A DNA stretch of 64,000 nucleotides from Malacoraja senta (lineage: Eukaryota), in contig CM075989.1 in assembly GCA_038087875.1 (NCBI GenBank), forward strand, positions 21,578,001 to 21,642,000, read 5' to 3'. Position 1 is the first letter of the stretch; each line of letters begins with the position of its first letter. The notes under the pieces are model-generated. The model saw nothing but the letters and a program-made list of their open reading frames with translations. It had not been told where the DNA came from and ran no database searches. A program made the position numbers and the translations under genes. This document shows positions 12,531-25,070 of this stretch, piece after piece.

Positions 12531-12679
12531 TGAAATAGAGCGCACAATCTGTGATTTCTGAACTACAGTAGTATTGTGGACTAGCAGTGAATCAGCCTCT
12601 TCAGACAGAGGCCTCTGCAGGTACCGGGGAATAGTTTTTACCCATCTCACTGCTTTCCCTCTTTCTCCAACGGGTTTAT

Positions 12680-13246
12680 TGTCCTCCTGATTAAATATTA
12701 CTGATTGTATGCCTCGTTGTCACCTTCCCCTCAGCTAACAATGTACCATTCCAGATGTGTAGGAAGGAACTGCAGATACTGGTTTAATCCGAAGATCTGC
12801 ACAAAAAGCTGGAGTAACTCAGCGGGTCAGACAGCATCTCTGGAGAAAAGGAGTAGGTGACATTTCGGGTCGAGTCCTTCTTCAGACAATTCTACATTTC
12901 CTGGATCATCGTCCCCTTTGACATGCGTTTTCGCACCTTATCCTTCCATGTCTCTATGTCTCCTTCTGCCCCTGAGTCTGAAGGTCTTGACCCTTCTCTG
13001 GATGCTTTCAACAGAGAGATAGATAGAGCTCTTAAAGATAGCGCAGTCAAGGGATATGGGGAGAAGGCAGGAACTGATTGTAGATGATCAGCCATGATCA
13101 CAGTGAATGGCGGAGTTGGCTGGAAGGGCCGAATAGCCTACTCCTGCACCTATTGTCTATTGTCTATTGACCCAAAACGTCACCCATTCCTTCTCTCCAG
13201 AGCTGCTGCCTGTCCCGCTGAGTTACTCCAGCACTTTGTGTCTATC
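12680..13246 (+). mobile_element. Penelope-like pLTR with an internal inverted pLTR piece (12757-12887) and a CR1 tail (12993-13168)
   Basis: PLE core is split at ...tcttgacc|CR1|ttgacccaaaacgtcacc. Confidence 0.75.
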
Positions 13247-13875
13247 AGTGCACATGACCTCTGACAGGGGCAATTCAGTGCAATGAAAAGAAAATCAGAC
13301 TTAAACTCCAGAGAATACAAGCAGGATAACGTGATACGAAATATTAACATCACATCATATACTCAATTCTTCCACTCATTTTGCTTCTACATTGGAATCT
13401 GAAGGTTCCATTGGGAGAGATATTTTTTGGCCACCAGAGGCTTTATCTTTCTAAGAACTTGGTGAGAATAAACATTAGGAACAATGGATGCAATTAAATC
13501 AGTCAACCTTGTCTCTCCATGGTGTATGTGTGAATTCTGAGCCGCATATTGCGACTATACAGAATACTCCTACTGTACATCATCTATTTGTAAATAAATC
13601 TGGAAAGAAGATTAATAGTCGTGAGTAAAACGGTCTCTGATGGAACGGGAGAAATTGGTGGGCATTTATATATCCTATCATAAGCCTCTTACCGTAATAC
13701 AGGGCCAACTATTGTGTCTGGTGTTTATCGAGGAGAAGTTAATGTCAAATGCACCAACAAAGGAATAATTTAAATCTTACTTGATGCAGCATAACATGCC
13801 CATAAAACGCAATAACACACATATAAATATATAATTATTGGAAAATACAATAAATGAATAACCATGAAATGGGAG

Positions 13876-14570
13876 TGGCACTGTGGCGCGGCGGTACAGC
13901 TGCTGCCTTACTGCGCCAGAGACCCAGGTTTGAACTTGATGGGCCGAATGGCCTAATTCTGCTCCTATCACTTATGATCTTACGACTTTATGACCACTAT
14001 GGACTTTGGTTTTTATGATGGGTACCCTGACTATTGGGCCTGTTCCACTTATGCGACTTTTTTGGCGACTGCCGGCACCCGTCATAGATCGTTAAAGGTC
14101 GCCGAAAATTTTCAACATGTTCAAACTCCAACAGCGACCAGAACAAGGTACGACTCTTTGGGCGACTACTCACGACCGTACAGGCTTCACCCCGCGACAT
14201 GTCGCCAGGGTGACGCCTGTATGGTCGTGACTGGTCCCCTCAGTCGCCCAAAGAGTCGTAGTGTCTCTCCGGTCGCAGCTGAATTTTCAACATGTTGAAC
14301 ATTTTCGCTGACCTGCAACGACCTATGACGGGTGGCGGCGGTCGCCAAAAAACTCGCGTAAGTGGGACAGGCCCAAATGGACGCTGCCTGTGCGGAGTTT
14401 GTACGTTCTCCCTGTGACCACGTGGGATTTCTCCGGGTGCTCCAGTTTCCTCCCACATTCCAAAGACCTACAGGTTTGTAGGTTCATTGGCTTCTGTAAA
14501 TTGTCTCTCGTGTGTGTGGGATAGAACTAGTGTGAAGGGGTGATTGTTGGTTGGCGTGGGATTGGTGTCT
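13876..14570 (+). mobile_element. V-SINE interrupted by a templated inversion and a MITE
   Basis: Head 13876-13933; cctgacta at 14026-14033; V core resumes at ~14378. Confidence 0.8.
14035..14375. mobile_element. MITE, PIF/Harbinger-like
   Basis: TIRs tgggcctgttccactta / taagtgggacaggccca; same family as 15323, 41560 and 53251. Confidence 0.8.
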
Positions 14571-14714
14571 GTGGAGCTGTAAGATGCAACTGTGTGTCGC
14601 CCCACATAGATAACGTACAGATAAGGTATAATAATCAAAAATACATTAACATTAATAATCGTAATGCTTGGTACCCATCATAAAAACCAAAGTCCGTAGT
14701 GGTCATAAGGTCGT

Positions 14715-15052
14715 AAGATCATAAGTGATAGGAGCAGAATTAGGCCATTCGGCCCATCAAGTCTACTCTGCCATTCAATCATGGTTGATCAAACTTTCTT
14801 TCCTGACCCCATTCTCCTGCCTTATCCCCATAACCTCTGACACCCATACTAATTAAAAATCTATCTATCTCTGCTTTAAAAATATCCATTGACTTATCCT
14901 CCACAGCCTTCTATGGCAATGAATTCCACAGATTCACCACCCTCTCTCTAAAGAAATTCCTCCTCATCTCTTTCCTAAAGGAACGTCCTTCCATTCTGAG
15001 GCTATGAGCACTGGCCCTAGACTCGCCCACTAGTGGAAACATCCTCCCCCAT
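14715..15052 (-). mobile_element. CR1 3' end
   Basis: ORF 14911-15102 RRNFFRERVVNLWNSLP; acttatga tail. Confidence 0.9.
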
Positions 15053-15322
15053 GTCCAAGCAAAGACAGGGTCCAATATATGAATCGACAGTGAGAAGATC
15101 AAGAAGTGCGAGGAAAAGGCAGGAAAGTGGAGCTGATGTTATTTGTTTAGCCACAATATTGAATAATAGAGTTGTCTTGGTGGGCTGTGTGCGGCTAAAC
15201 AGCCCACACCTGTGTCTATACTTTACTTTAACATCTTAAAGTGGAGCCGACAGCCGGCTAATGGACATTATCTTGGTGCAGTGGTTGAAGTTGAATCAGC
15301 TGGAGTGTCATTGAGTTAGTTA

Positions 15323-15511
15323 AGGGCCTGCCCCATCAAAAGATTTTGAACATTTCAAAATCCAGCGGCGACAAAAAAAAAGTTGCGACACTTGAAAAAA
15401 CACCCCGCGTCTCGTCGCGTCACCTCGCGTCACCGCCGCATCACGCCGCAAATTTTTTGGTGACCTGATCCCGGCAGTCACCGAAAAAAATCGGCAAGTG
15501 AAACAGGCCCT
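15323..15511. mobile_element. MITE, PIF/Harbinger-like, internally deleted
   Basis: tta|agggcctg ... caggccct|tta: TIR plus 3-bp TTA TSD. Confidence 0.8.
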
Positions 15512-16254
15512 TTAAGCAATGTGTTAATACATTGTTGGTTGATTTGTGTTTGCACTTTGCAAAAGTTCATTCAGAAATACGATGGTACCAGGCTGGTTTG
15601 GGTACGCTGTCAATAATAGTCTTTGTTGCAGGTGCCAATTTGAGGATGCAAAGCTGGCACGTGGTAGAAGAAACTCTTCCAGAATGTATCTGTCTCACAT
15701 ACCCCAGTCGTTTTCTCATTACTTGAGAATATGACTTGGATTGTCTTCCATCAGGCGTCAATATAAAATATTTTCCATGTAAATGCCCACAGAAATATAT
15801 TTTAGGAAGCTTTTTTTTAAAATATCATGGATATGTTGGTTCAAGTGTATGGGTTGGCATTGGTTGACTTAGCCGTGTTGGAAATGGTCAAAGAAATATT
15901 AGGACTGGATGAGATTTGGACAAGACCCAGCGATTAGTCAACTTTCTCACTGTTGGAAACTGGATGAGAATTTTATCAACACTTCTAAGGTCCCTGTGGT
16001 TGATCTAACACTCAACCATATGCTATAACATTGCTGATACAATTCTGCAAAAGGAGGTTGAAACACTAGGAGAACTTTTGTTTCTTTTTTGTCAATTACT
16101 TCAATGTATTTTCTCAAGAGTTCAGAGGGGAAAAAAAGTTCATCTTTCCAATCATCGACAGAAGAAAATATATTTTATTCCACAAGGCTCATGAAATATT
16201 TTTGCCCTGTTGGCGATAGTAATTTCTACACACGACGGCATGAAAAGTCATGAT

Positions 16255-16588
16255 GTGTAGGAAGGAACTGGTTTAAACTGAAGATCGACACAAAAAGCTG
16301 GAATAACTCAGCGGGTCAGACGGCATCTCTGGAGAAAAGGAATAGGAGTCCATTCTTCAAACTGTATCTTTATATCTCTCATAAATGCTGGAGTAACTCA
16401 GCGGGACAGGCAGCATGTCTGGAGAGAAGGAATGGGTGACGTTTCGGGTCGAGACCCTTCTTCAGACTCCCATTTTTCTTTCCCCGGACTCTCAGTCTGA
16501 AGAAGGATCTCGACCAGAAAGGTCACTTATTCCTTCTCTCCAGAGATGCTGCCTGACCCGATGAGTTACTCCAAATTTTTGTGTCTAT
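16255..16588. mobile_element. Inverted pair of Penelope-like pLTR ends
   Basis: Minus-strand copies 16255-16468 followed by plus-strand copy 16490-16588; intact core on minus strand at 16435-16468. Confidence 0.85.
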
Positions 16589-16754
16589 AAAAAGACACTA
16601 GTTATTGAAAAGTAGGATCAACAATAAGGACAAGTTGACGCTACCTTTTAATATGCTGCACATTTAGGTAGGGACATTTCTATTTTTTTTTAAAGAAAAG
16701 GTGTCATTGTTAAATGTGCTTTTATAGTACAGATCTTCTTATCGAGTCTACATC

Positions 16755-16948
16755 ACAAGATTAGAAATTGTTCAGCCAGGACTGAACACACTTCTCGGCA
16801 TCTGCATACAATGGCGTCTTGAGCTTGTGCTTCTTGTGCGTGGTGGTGGAAAGATTGGTGGAAACAGGGCCGCGCGCGATGGAAAGATAGTGGTGGAAAG
16901 ATTGGTGGAAACAGGGCCGCGCGCGATGTGAACGCTCTTTCTTTGACT
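16755..16948. repeat. Unclassified dispersed repeat (second copy inverted at 25356-25493) with an internal 39-bp tandem duplication
   Basis: gaacacacttctcggcatctgcatacaat and ggtggaaagattggtggaaacagggc are shared; 16843-16881 is repeated at 16890-16928. Confidence 0.75.
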
Positions 16949-17003
16949 CCATAGTACAGATGCTGAAATAGAATATTTTGTTTAAACATCGAGCTGCACT
17001 CTG

Positions 17004-17298
17004 GAGCAGCGGTAGAGTTGATGCCTTACAGTGCCAGAGACCCGGGTTTGATCCTGACTACGGGTGTTGTCTTTACGGAGTTTGTACTTTCTCCCCGTAA
17101 CCTGCGTGAGTTTTCTCGGGAATCTCCACTTTCCACCAACACTCCAAAGCCGTACAGGTATGTATGTTAATTGGCTTCTGTAAAATTATAAAATGTTCCC
17201 AGTTTGTGTCGGATAGTGTTCGTGTACGGGGATCGCTGGTCAGCGTGGACTCGCTTGGCCAAAGGGATTGTTTCCGCGCTGTATCTCTAAACTAAACA
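17004..17298 (+). mobile_element. V-SINE
   Basis: Head, V core, tail. Confidence 0.88.
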
Positions 17299-17591
17299 AA
17301 TCTAATTTAACAAATTAACATGATTTCTTGACGGAAATCTAGTGATTTCTCCTCTGTTGACGAGGGCTCTAATAGAGCAAATCTCCATGGGTTACTTCCA
17401 CAAAGGGCATTCACAGTGCACTGATAAGGATCAGGTCTGATCTGGTAGACATTAAGCAATTGTGTTGTGGTCCCCATAGACAGCACTTGAAACAGACAGC
17501 ATTTAACAAAAGAGTGGCCTACATCTGTATCCTAATTATAGAGGCATGCACAGATAACACAAACATTCATAAACTAACAGCAATTTAGTTT

Positions 17592-17874
17592 ACAAAAATT
17601 GCTGGAGAAACTCAGCGGGTGAGGCGGCATCTATGGAGAAAAGGAGTAGGCGACGTTTAGGGTCTTCAGACTGATGTCGGAGAGGGGGGGCGGGGCGGGA
17701 AAAGGAAAGGAAGAGGCGGAGACAGTAGGCTCTGTGGGAGAGCTGGGAAGGGGAGGGGGAGGAGGGAGAAAGCAAGGACTACCTGAAATTAGAGGTTTCA
17801 TGTTGATACCGCCGGGGTGTAAACTACCCAAACAAAATATGAGGTGCTGTTCCTCCAATTTGTGCTGGGCCTCA
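17592..17874 (-). mobile_element. Penelope-like element: GIY-YIG C-terminus plus pLTR
   Basis: ORF 17631-17858 begins (L)EEQHLIFCLGSLHPGGINM. Confidence 0.85.
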
Positions 17875-18520
17875 TTTAGTTTAGTTTAGTTTAGTCTTGA
17901 GGTACAGCGCGGAAACAGCCCCTTCAGCCCACCGAGTCCGCACCGACCAGCGATCCCCGCACATTAACACTATCCTACACCAGGGACAATTTTTACATTT
18001 ATACCAACCCTCAGCTGGTCAGGCAGCATCTCTGGAGAAATATGTTGCACCATGTTGATATTCTTCCTATTTCTTCCTTCTTATCTACTGCTGCACAGTG
18101 AGGTGAGATGCGATCTATTTACAACATGACAAAATTAATTTTCGATTTATGCACTCTCCTTTCAAACCTCGTTTCCATCAACAATGCCGATAACTGTTTA
18201 AAACCAACAAAGTATATTGTGGAAATGAATAAATAACCTTGTTCAGGGTGTGTGGCATTTGTTAGGAAGACCCGTTTGTCAGAGTCAGTTCAAGGACATC
18301 CTGTTTCTCAGCTGACCTATCCAATGCATGTTGTTATCATTGTGGGATATACGATCATGTATCCAAACACTTAGTAGCTTCACAAAATGTAAAAGAGGAT
18401 GGAGACAGGAGCTGAAAGTGAAATTAAGAAGTTTAGTTTAGTTTATTGACATGTGTACTGAAGTTGAGTGAAAAGTGTTTGTTGCGATTTAACCAAAGCT
18501 GAGAGCAGTAGGCAGTGGGC

Positions 18521-18897
18521 TAGAGAGCAGTGCTGAACTACCATCTACCTCTTTGGTGACCCTTGGACTATCCTTGATCGGACTTTGCTGGCTTGACCTT
18601 GCACTAAATGTTATTCCCTTATGATGTATCTACACAATGTTAATGGATCGATTGCAACCATGTATAGTCTCTCCGCTGACTGGTTAGCACACAAGCAAAG
18701 CTTTTCACCGTACTTCGGGACACGTGACAATAAACTAAACTGAATGGAACGAACCAATCAGCGGAAATATGATGCATGATTACAATCGAGCCATTACAGT
18801 GTACAGATACATGATAATGGAATGATGTTTAGTGCAAGGTAAAGCCAGCAAAGTCCGATCAAAGATAGTCCGGGGGTCACCAATGAGGTAGGTAGTT
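18521..18897. mobile_element. Two Rex1/Babar-like 3' UTRs in inverted orientation
   Basis: 18521-18745 (+) and 18755-18897 (-), both homologous to 1005-1293. Confidence 0.65.
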
Positions 18898-19311
18898 CAT
18901 TAATCTTAAGCAGCATATTATGTAAACTGGAATTGGTTTTGTGAAGTCTGTGGAGAGCTGAGGAAGATACATTCCATATAAAGGTAGTAAGTCTGAAAAA
19001 TACTGGACCAGTTTAAAATAGAATTGACATTATTCCAATGAAAATTATATATGGGTTATGAAATTATGCATTGATATTGGCAGTGTAGTATGTGTAACAG
19101 AACAAGCCGGAGTCGTGTGCATGTGCCCACAAAAAGTTAAAAACTAGTTTTTCAGATTTTTAGTATTTTTAATATTACAGAATGATTTCTCAGTTTCAAC
19201 AAAAATTATTACTGAAATGAGGCAGCTTAGAGCGCAACAATCCACTACCAGACGATGAACGACAAAGAGAACAATATGTGTACTGGCACCCTTTAGTTAC
19301 TTTTGAGGTAC

Positions 19312-19597
19312 AGATACAGCGTGGAAACAGGCCATTCGGCCCACTGTGTCCGCGCCGACCAGCGACCACACCTTGCATTAACACCATTCTACACACTAGG
19401 GACAATTTACAATTTTACCGAAGCCAATTATCCTGCAGATCTGCACGTCTTTGGAGTGTGGGAGGAAACCGGAGCTCCTGGAGAAAACCCACACAGGTCA
19501 CGGGGAGAATGTACAAACTCTGTACAGATAGAACCCGTAGTCAGGTTTGAAGCCGGGTCTCTGGCGCTGTAAGGCAGCAACTCTACCGCTGCGCTAC
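19312..19597 (-). mobile_element. V-SINE
   Basis: V core and head on minus strand. Confidence 0.88.
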
Positions 19598-19815
19598 TAT
19601 TTACTTAAATTAGGCACGTTACAGGACTACAATTGTCATAGACACCAACATTAAGGAACAATATATGTATTGTCATGTTCATATCTAGAGAAATACAGGA
19701 GATAATGTTGTTGGGTTATAATTGTTATGTGTACCAAGGTACAGTGGAACATTTGATTTATGTGTTATCCAGTCAAATGATACCATAGATGAGTACATCA
19801 ACTCCACATGCAAGT

Positions 19816-19995
19816 AGAGACACAAAGTGCTGGAGTAACTTAGCAGGGCAGGCGGCATCTATGGAGAAAAAGGATGGGTGACGTTTCGGGTTGGGACCCT
19901 TCTTCGTACCTGAACTAACAGGTGCAGACTTGATCCGTCACCAATCCTTTTGCTCCAGAGATGCTGCCTGACCCGCTGAATAACTCCAGCACTCT
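19816..19995. mobile_element. Inverted pair of PLE pLTR ends
   Basis: gacacaaagtgctggagtaac... followed by ...ccagagatgctgcctgacccgctgaataactccagcac. Confidence 0.8.
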
Positions 19996-20381
19996 TGTAA
20001 ATACGCTCTTCTAAAGCTTACCCCCTAGTCTAGTTCAGTAAAAAACACCGACTCAAGCACTGGACCAACTAAACTTTATTTTTAGATTGAACAGCAAGTT
20101 CCCCTATACAATACCTAAACCACTGCGGGTTCGATTCTTGTCTCTGCCTGGCCAAGCCCTTCAGCATCGTGCAAGCAGACACACTCCAAAAGGTCACACA
20201 GTCCCAAGCATCCCTCCGGAAGATCGACATCGATCTAAAATGGGGCTACCTTTTATAGATCCACGTACCTTGAGGGACCGAACTACATATGGGTGGTCTC
20301 TTTACAGTCCAATCAAACACATTAATTACCTCAATTACATTATTGACAGTTCCCCAAACCAATTACAAAGTCTTCTTTACA
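19996..20381 (-). mobile_element. Solo LTR (Gypsy- or ERV-type), 386 bp
   Basis: Termini TGTAAA...TTTACA; on the minus strand a CCAAT site (~20309), TATAAAA (20251-20257) and AATAAA (20075-20080) fall in U3-R-U5 order; TSD not clear. Confidence 0.75.
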
Positions 20382-21037
20382 ATGTTTCTTGCAGAAGCTT
20401 CTGGAAGGCAGCTAACTAACTGAATAATACAACATTTACCCTGGAACTCAAAACAATCCTGCCAGGGCTTAACACTTGGACCAATCAACAAACAGCAGGT
20501 TAACTTTCTTTCAACATTATTGACATTATTTACAATTCCTTTGCAGCAATCCAATCATATCAATGCATTTAAGTTTGTTTGCAGAGTTTTAATACATATT
20601 ATCAATTAAGAGGAAATGAGGAGAACACCTGGATCTTTCACCATCCTGCATATCAATCTGGGGCTCAGACTGGCCGGCGCCATCCACAGCCTGTAATTTT
20701 CTACTGACAAAGGTCAAGAAATTCTGACAAGTACAGGGATTCTCCACTTTATTGTGTCTTTAATTGGATCAATATTAACACTGTGTCTATCTTTGGTATA
20801 AACCATCATCTGCAGCTCTTTGATTCTATGTATACGTACAAGCAGAAGAGACAGTGCAAAGAGAAAAGAACAAGAGTTTAGAATACATTTGAACATAAGC
20901 ACTGAAGCTTCAGTACTTAAGAGATGTGACAAATCTCACAAGTTGCAGGCAGGAATATTAATGAGTGAGTACTTTAGGCTTTTACTAGGACTCTATTCCT
21001 TGGAGCGCAGGAGGATGAGGGGTGATCTTATAGTCAG

Positions 21038-21071
21038 ACTCTGAAGAAGGGTCTCGACCCGAAACGTCACC
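21038..21071 (+). ncRNA. Minimal hammerhead ribozyme motif (PLE subfamily A)
   Basis: CUGAAGA-A-GGGU(CUCG)ACCC-GAAA-CGUC. Confidence 0.6.
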
Positions 21072-21177
21072 CATTCCGAATATCCAGAGATGCTGCCCGT
21101 CCCACTGAGTTACTCCAGCATTGCTACAATTTTTGATCTTCGTTGTGAGATAACACGGAACCATCGTGAGGGGGGGA

Positions 21178-21481
21178 GGGGTGGCGCAACGGTAGAGTTG
21201 CTGCCTCATGGCGCCAGAGACCCGGGTTCGATCCTGACTACGGGTGCTGTCTGTACGGAGTTTGTACGTCCTGCCCGTCACCTGCGCGGGTTTTCCTCGG
21301 GTGCTCCGGTTTCCTCCGTACAGGTTTGTAGGCAAATTGGCTTCGGTCAAATAGTAAAAATTGTCAACAGTGCGTGTGGGATAGTGTTAATGTGCCAGGA
21401 TCGCTGGTCGGTGCGGACTCGGGTGGGCCGAGGGTCCAGTCTCCGCGCTGTGTCTCTAATCTAAACTAAACTAAAATCTAA
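21178..21481 (+). mobile_element. V-SINE
   Basis: Head, V core with a small deletion, tail. Confidence 0.88.
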
Positions 21482-21519
21482 ACATCGATGAGGAGATGAG
21501 AAAGCAACCAGCACAGTGA

Positions 21520-21733
21520 CATGAACATTGACTTCTCCAATTTCAGGTAGTCCTTGCTGTCTCACTCCTTCCCCTCTCCTTCCCAGCTCTCCCACTGTCT
21601 CCGCCTCTTCCTTTCTTCTTCCCGCCCCACACTCCCACATCAGTCTGAAGAAGGGTCTTGACTCGAAACATCACCTGTTCCTTTGCTCCATAGATGCTGC
21701 CTCACCCGCTGAGTTTCTCCAGCATTTTTGTCT
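21520..21733 (+). mobile_element. PLE subfamily B 3' end
   Basis: atgaacattgacttctccaatttcaggtag = MNIDFSNFR*, then a pyrimidine tract and a degenerate hammerhead core. Confidence 0.8.
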
Positions 21734-22812
21734 AGCCACAGTGACATAATAACTCCAAGTGTCCCTGCACCTAACAACACCCGAGTCACCGGAATTAAAT
21801 TCCCTGGGTCTTGATTGAAGAGTGATTAATTGTAATTTGAGAGATACCAGAAAATAGATCCACCCTTCAGGAAAAAAATTTCATTTAGATTGATCACATT
21901 CATTTTGCGCTTTTCTGTTGGAATCAGATAACTTGTCCAGACGTTTGCAGACACCACAATAGCAGTAACGTGGTGCTTCCTGCAACATGTGGTGCACTAA
22001 TACAGGCAGACACTGACTCAGAGAACTTGTTTTCTTTTAAACAAGATTTCGGATCCTGGACATACAACGGCTTTGTTGTCACAAGCGAAACCCGATCAAA
22101 ATTCCACCTTTAATGGCAGAAACGTCAGAGTAAATGGATCTACCGTAACGGAAGTCGCAGTGAAAGAAAATACAGGTGTACAGGATTCCGTGTCAGAGGG
22201 AGAGTTTAATCAGAGTCCCCGGAGAGGGAAAGCAGGGCCAAGGGCTGGGGGTCGGATATGACCCACTCAATAGAGAGCTGTAGGTTTGCAATAGCAAGCT
22301 CTTAATTCCTGCACAGGGAGTTTGAATAACGTGTTATCATCCTCCGAGTTTAATTCACATGACAGCCAGAAACTGTCTCAACAGCTGCTTGTAAGAACTG
22401 AGACATTTGCTGGAGTCGTCCTCGAGGTATTTACGAAGAGTTTTAATGTGGAATTGAATTACATTTTATCGGAAGGCGCTTTTGTTTGCTGCCGCCGTAG
22501 AGATGCGTTATTGAGATGTTGGCCCAGTTTTTATTGTCACTGGCTGAGAAGCACCAGTTACTGTTAACCTTGTATGAGGCAGCAGCCGCCCACCCACCCA
22601 CAGCGATGTCAAGGGAAGTGATCCTCCTCCCCCCCTGTCCCTGTGACTTCTCGTGTCATTTTGAGTGTATCTCAGAGCATTGGTGTCACCAGCCTGGTTG
22701 ACCTCCCAGTCACAACACAAAGTGCTGGAGGAACTCCGTGGGTGGATGGATGATGGTTTGTGCCGTGACCCTTCTTCACACCCTGAAGACCCCTTCCTCA
22801 GACTTACAATTT

Positions 22813-23139
22813 TTAGTTTAGTTTAGAGATACAGCGTGGGAACAGGAGGCCCTTCGGCCCATCGAGTCCGTGCTGACCAGCGATCCCCGCGCATTAACAC
22901 CACCCTACACACACACACACACACACACTCGGGACAATTTACAATTGCACCAAGCCAAACAACCAACAAACCTGTACGTCTTTGGAGTGTGGGAGAAAAC
23001 CGAAGATCCCGGAGAAAACCCACGCAGGTCACGGGGAGAATGTACAGACTCCGTACAGACAAGTACCCAAAGTCTGGATCGAACCCGGGTCCCTGACGCT
23101 GCGAGGCAGCAACTCTACCGCTGCGCCACCGTGCCGCCC
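22813..23139 (-). mobile_element. V-SINE inserted between inverted PLE ends (22713-22803 and 23150-23290)
   Basis: Full head to tail on minus strand; PLE motifs flank both sides. Confidence 0.85.
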
Positions 23140-23663
23140 TTCAGATTTCTTTGACCCGTAACGTCGCCAGTGTGAAGAAGGATCCCAACCCAAAATGTCG
23201 CCTGTCCATTCCCCCCACCGATGCTGCCTGACCTGCTGAGTTCCTCCAGCACTTTGTGTTTTGCTCAATATTCTAGTACCTGCAGTTCCATGGGTATCCT
23301 GAGCACCCAATCAGTTTGATGAATTCTGCTGCTATCAATGTTGAAAATGAAAATTCCAATTCAAATTCAAAAGCCGTAATTAGCACCATTACCTTTACAT
23401 ATAAGGTTTGAGGTCCACTCTCTGTGTCATTCTTTGTTTCCTTTGTTGTTGGCCCATTCCCTTTGTATCTACAGTATATGACCGGCTCTTGAATCAGGTC
23501 ATATACCTTTCAGGTCAGGTCTGGGGGAGTTCCTCCAGCCACGGGTACCGTGTAATCCCGTGCTACCTGCTCCATGGTCGGATAGTCGGCGAATAAACCG
23601 ACTCCCCCACCTGGTTCACCAGGTGAGGTGGGGGCTGGGGACCCCCAGCAGGACCAAAAACAA

Positions 23664-25070
23664 GAAGCAAAGACGTGGAAGCCAAATAACCGAACGGAAA
23701 CAAAGCCGAAACGCCAAATAACCGAAAGCGAATGAAGCTGAAACACCAACTAACTGAAACGGTGGGACGCCTAAGAGCCAACTCACCGAAAGGCCCCTCT
23801 GCCGAAAAGCCAAATAACAGACATTAAGTAGCCGGGGGGGGGGGGGGGGGGACGACTTGTCAGCGATTGGTCCAGACCCCCACATCCATCACATCACTGG
23901 CCGGTGGAGACGGGAGGGTGGGGTTCATTTTCCCACACAAGCCACAGGTGACTGGGCAATCTGAACCCGAGCACCAATTTGTAAGTGGTCGAAGGAGCGC
24001 ATCCCTCGGGACAGCCCCCACTCTCCTACGGCCACGGCCGCCCTCCAGCTCATCTCCCCCGTGTGGCTGCACTGTGACGGGCTGTGTGTCGGTCGGACGA
24101 TGGCGACGGTCGACAGATTGCTGCCGATAGTCGGACCCTCAGATGGCCAGCGGTCTGGATTAATGCGCCGGATCGGCTGCTGAGCCAGGGTCGCCCCCGA
24201 AACACCTCCAGCAATGAGCTGGATATTCCCGCTGTCAAAGAGAAGCAGCGGCGGCGGTGGCTGTCACCGGCCGCCTCTGACCAACTTGCAGCAGCAACAC
24301 CAGCGGCAGATCAAGTCGGTGAAGAGTTCACACAGTGGGTGAGTGCGGCATCGCCTCCGCTATTCCCCTCCCTCCCCCGGTGTCATCGGTCCCGCTACCC
24401 CCCCCCCCTCCAGCCCTGGGGGGCATCGCCATCGCCATCGCCGCCCCCGCTATCCAACCCCCCACTTAATTAACCAGGTTCCTGAATGTAAGAACTATTT
24501 ATACATGCAACATTTTTGTTTTTAACTCAGTAACTCTTATTTGAGTTTTAATGCCGACCCCGTCCTGTGGGAAGGGCTTGCGGCAGCTGGTTTCATTGTG
24601 CCTTCATTGTTTGTAGGTGTTAATCATTCACCTCTGCTCCACCCAACACTGCCGACGCACAGCCCATCACAGTGCGGCCGCACGGGGGAGACGTGGCGGA
24701 GGGCGGCCGTGGCCATGGCAGAGTGGGGGCTGTCCCGAGGGATGCGCTCCTTCGACAACTTACAACTTGGTGCTCGGGTTCAGAGTCCCCACTCACCTAT
24801 GGCTTGTGTGGGAAAATGTCCCCCACCCTCCCGTCTCCACCGGCCAGTGATGTGATGAACGTGGGGGTCCGGACCAATCGCTGACAAGTCCCGCCCCCCT
24901 GGCGACATCATGTCCGTTATTTGACTTTTCGGCAGAGTGGCCTTTCGGTGAGTTTGTTTTTAGGCATCCCACCCTTTCGGTTAGTTGGTGTTTCGGCTTC
25001 GTCCACTTTCGGTTATTTGGCATTTCAGCTTTGTTTCCGTTCGGTTATTTGGCTTCCACTTCTTTGCTTC
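23664..25070. mobile_element. Foldback-like element with ~420-bp inverted arms
   Basis: 23664-24092 is the reverse complement of 24652-25070; outer parts are built from ccaaataaccgaa-type subrepeats; GC/CpG-rich; no transposase. Confidence 0.75.

Noticed and set aside
22048..22071. Peptide FGSWTYNG resembling loop B of nicotinic (Cys-loop) receptors
   Set aside because: No upstream Cys-loop cysteines in frame, a stop about 12 codons later and no other receptor exons seen; likely chance, though a quick tBLASTn would settle it
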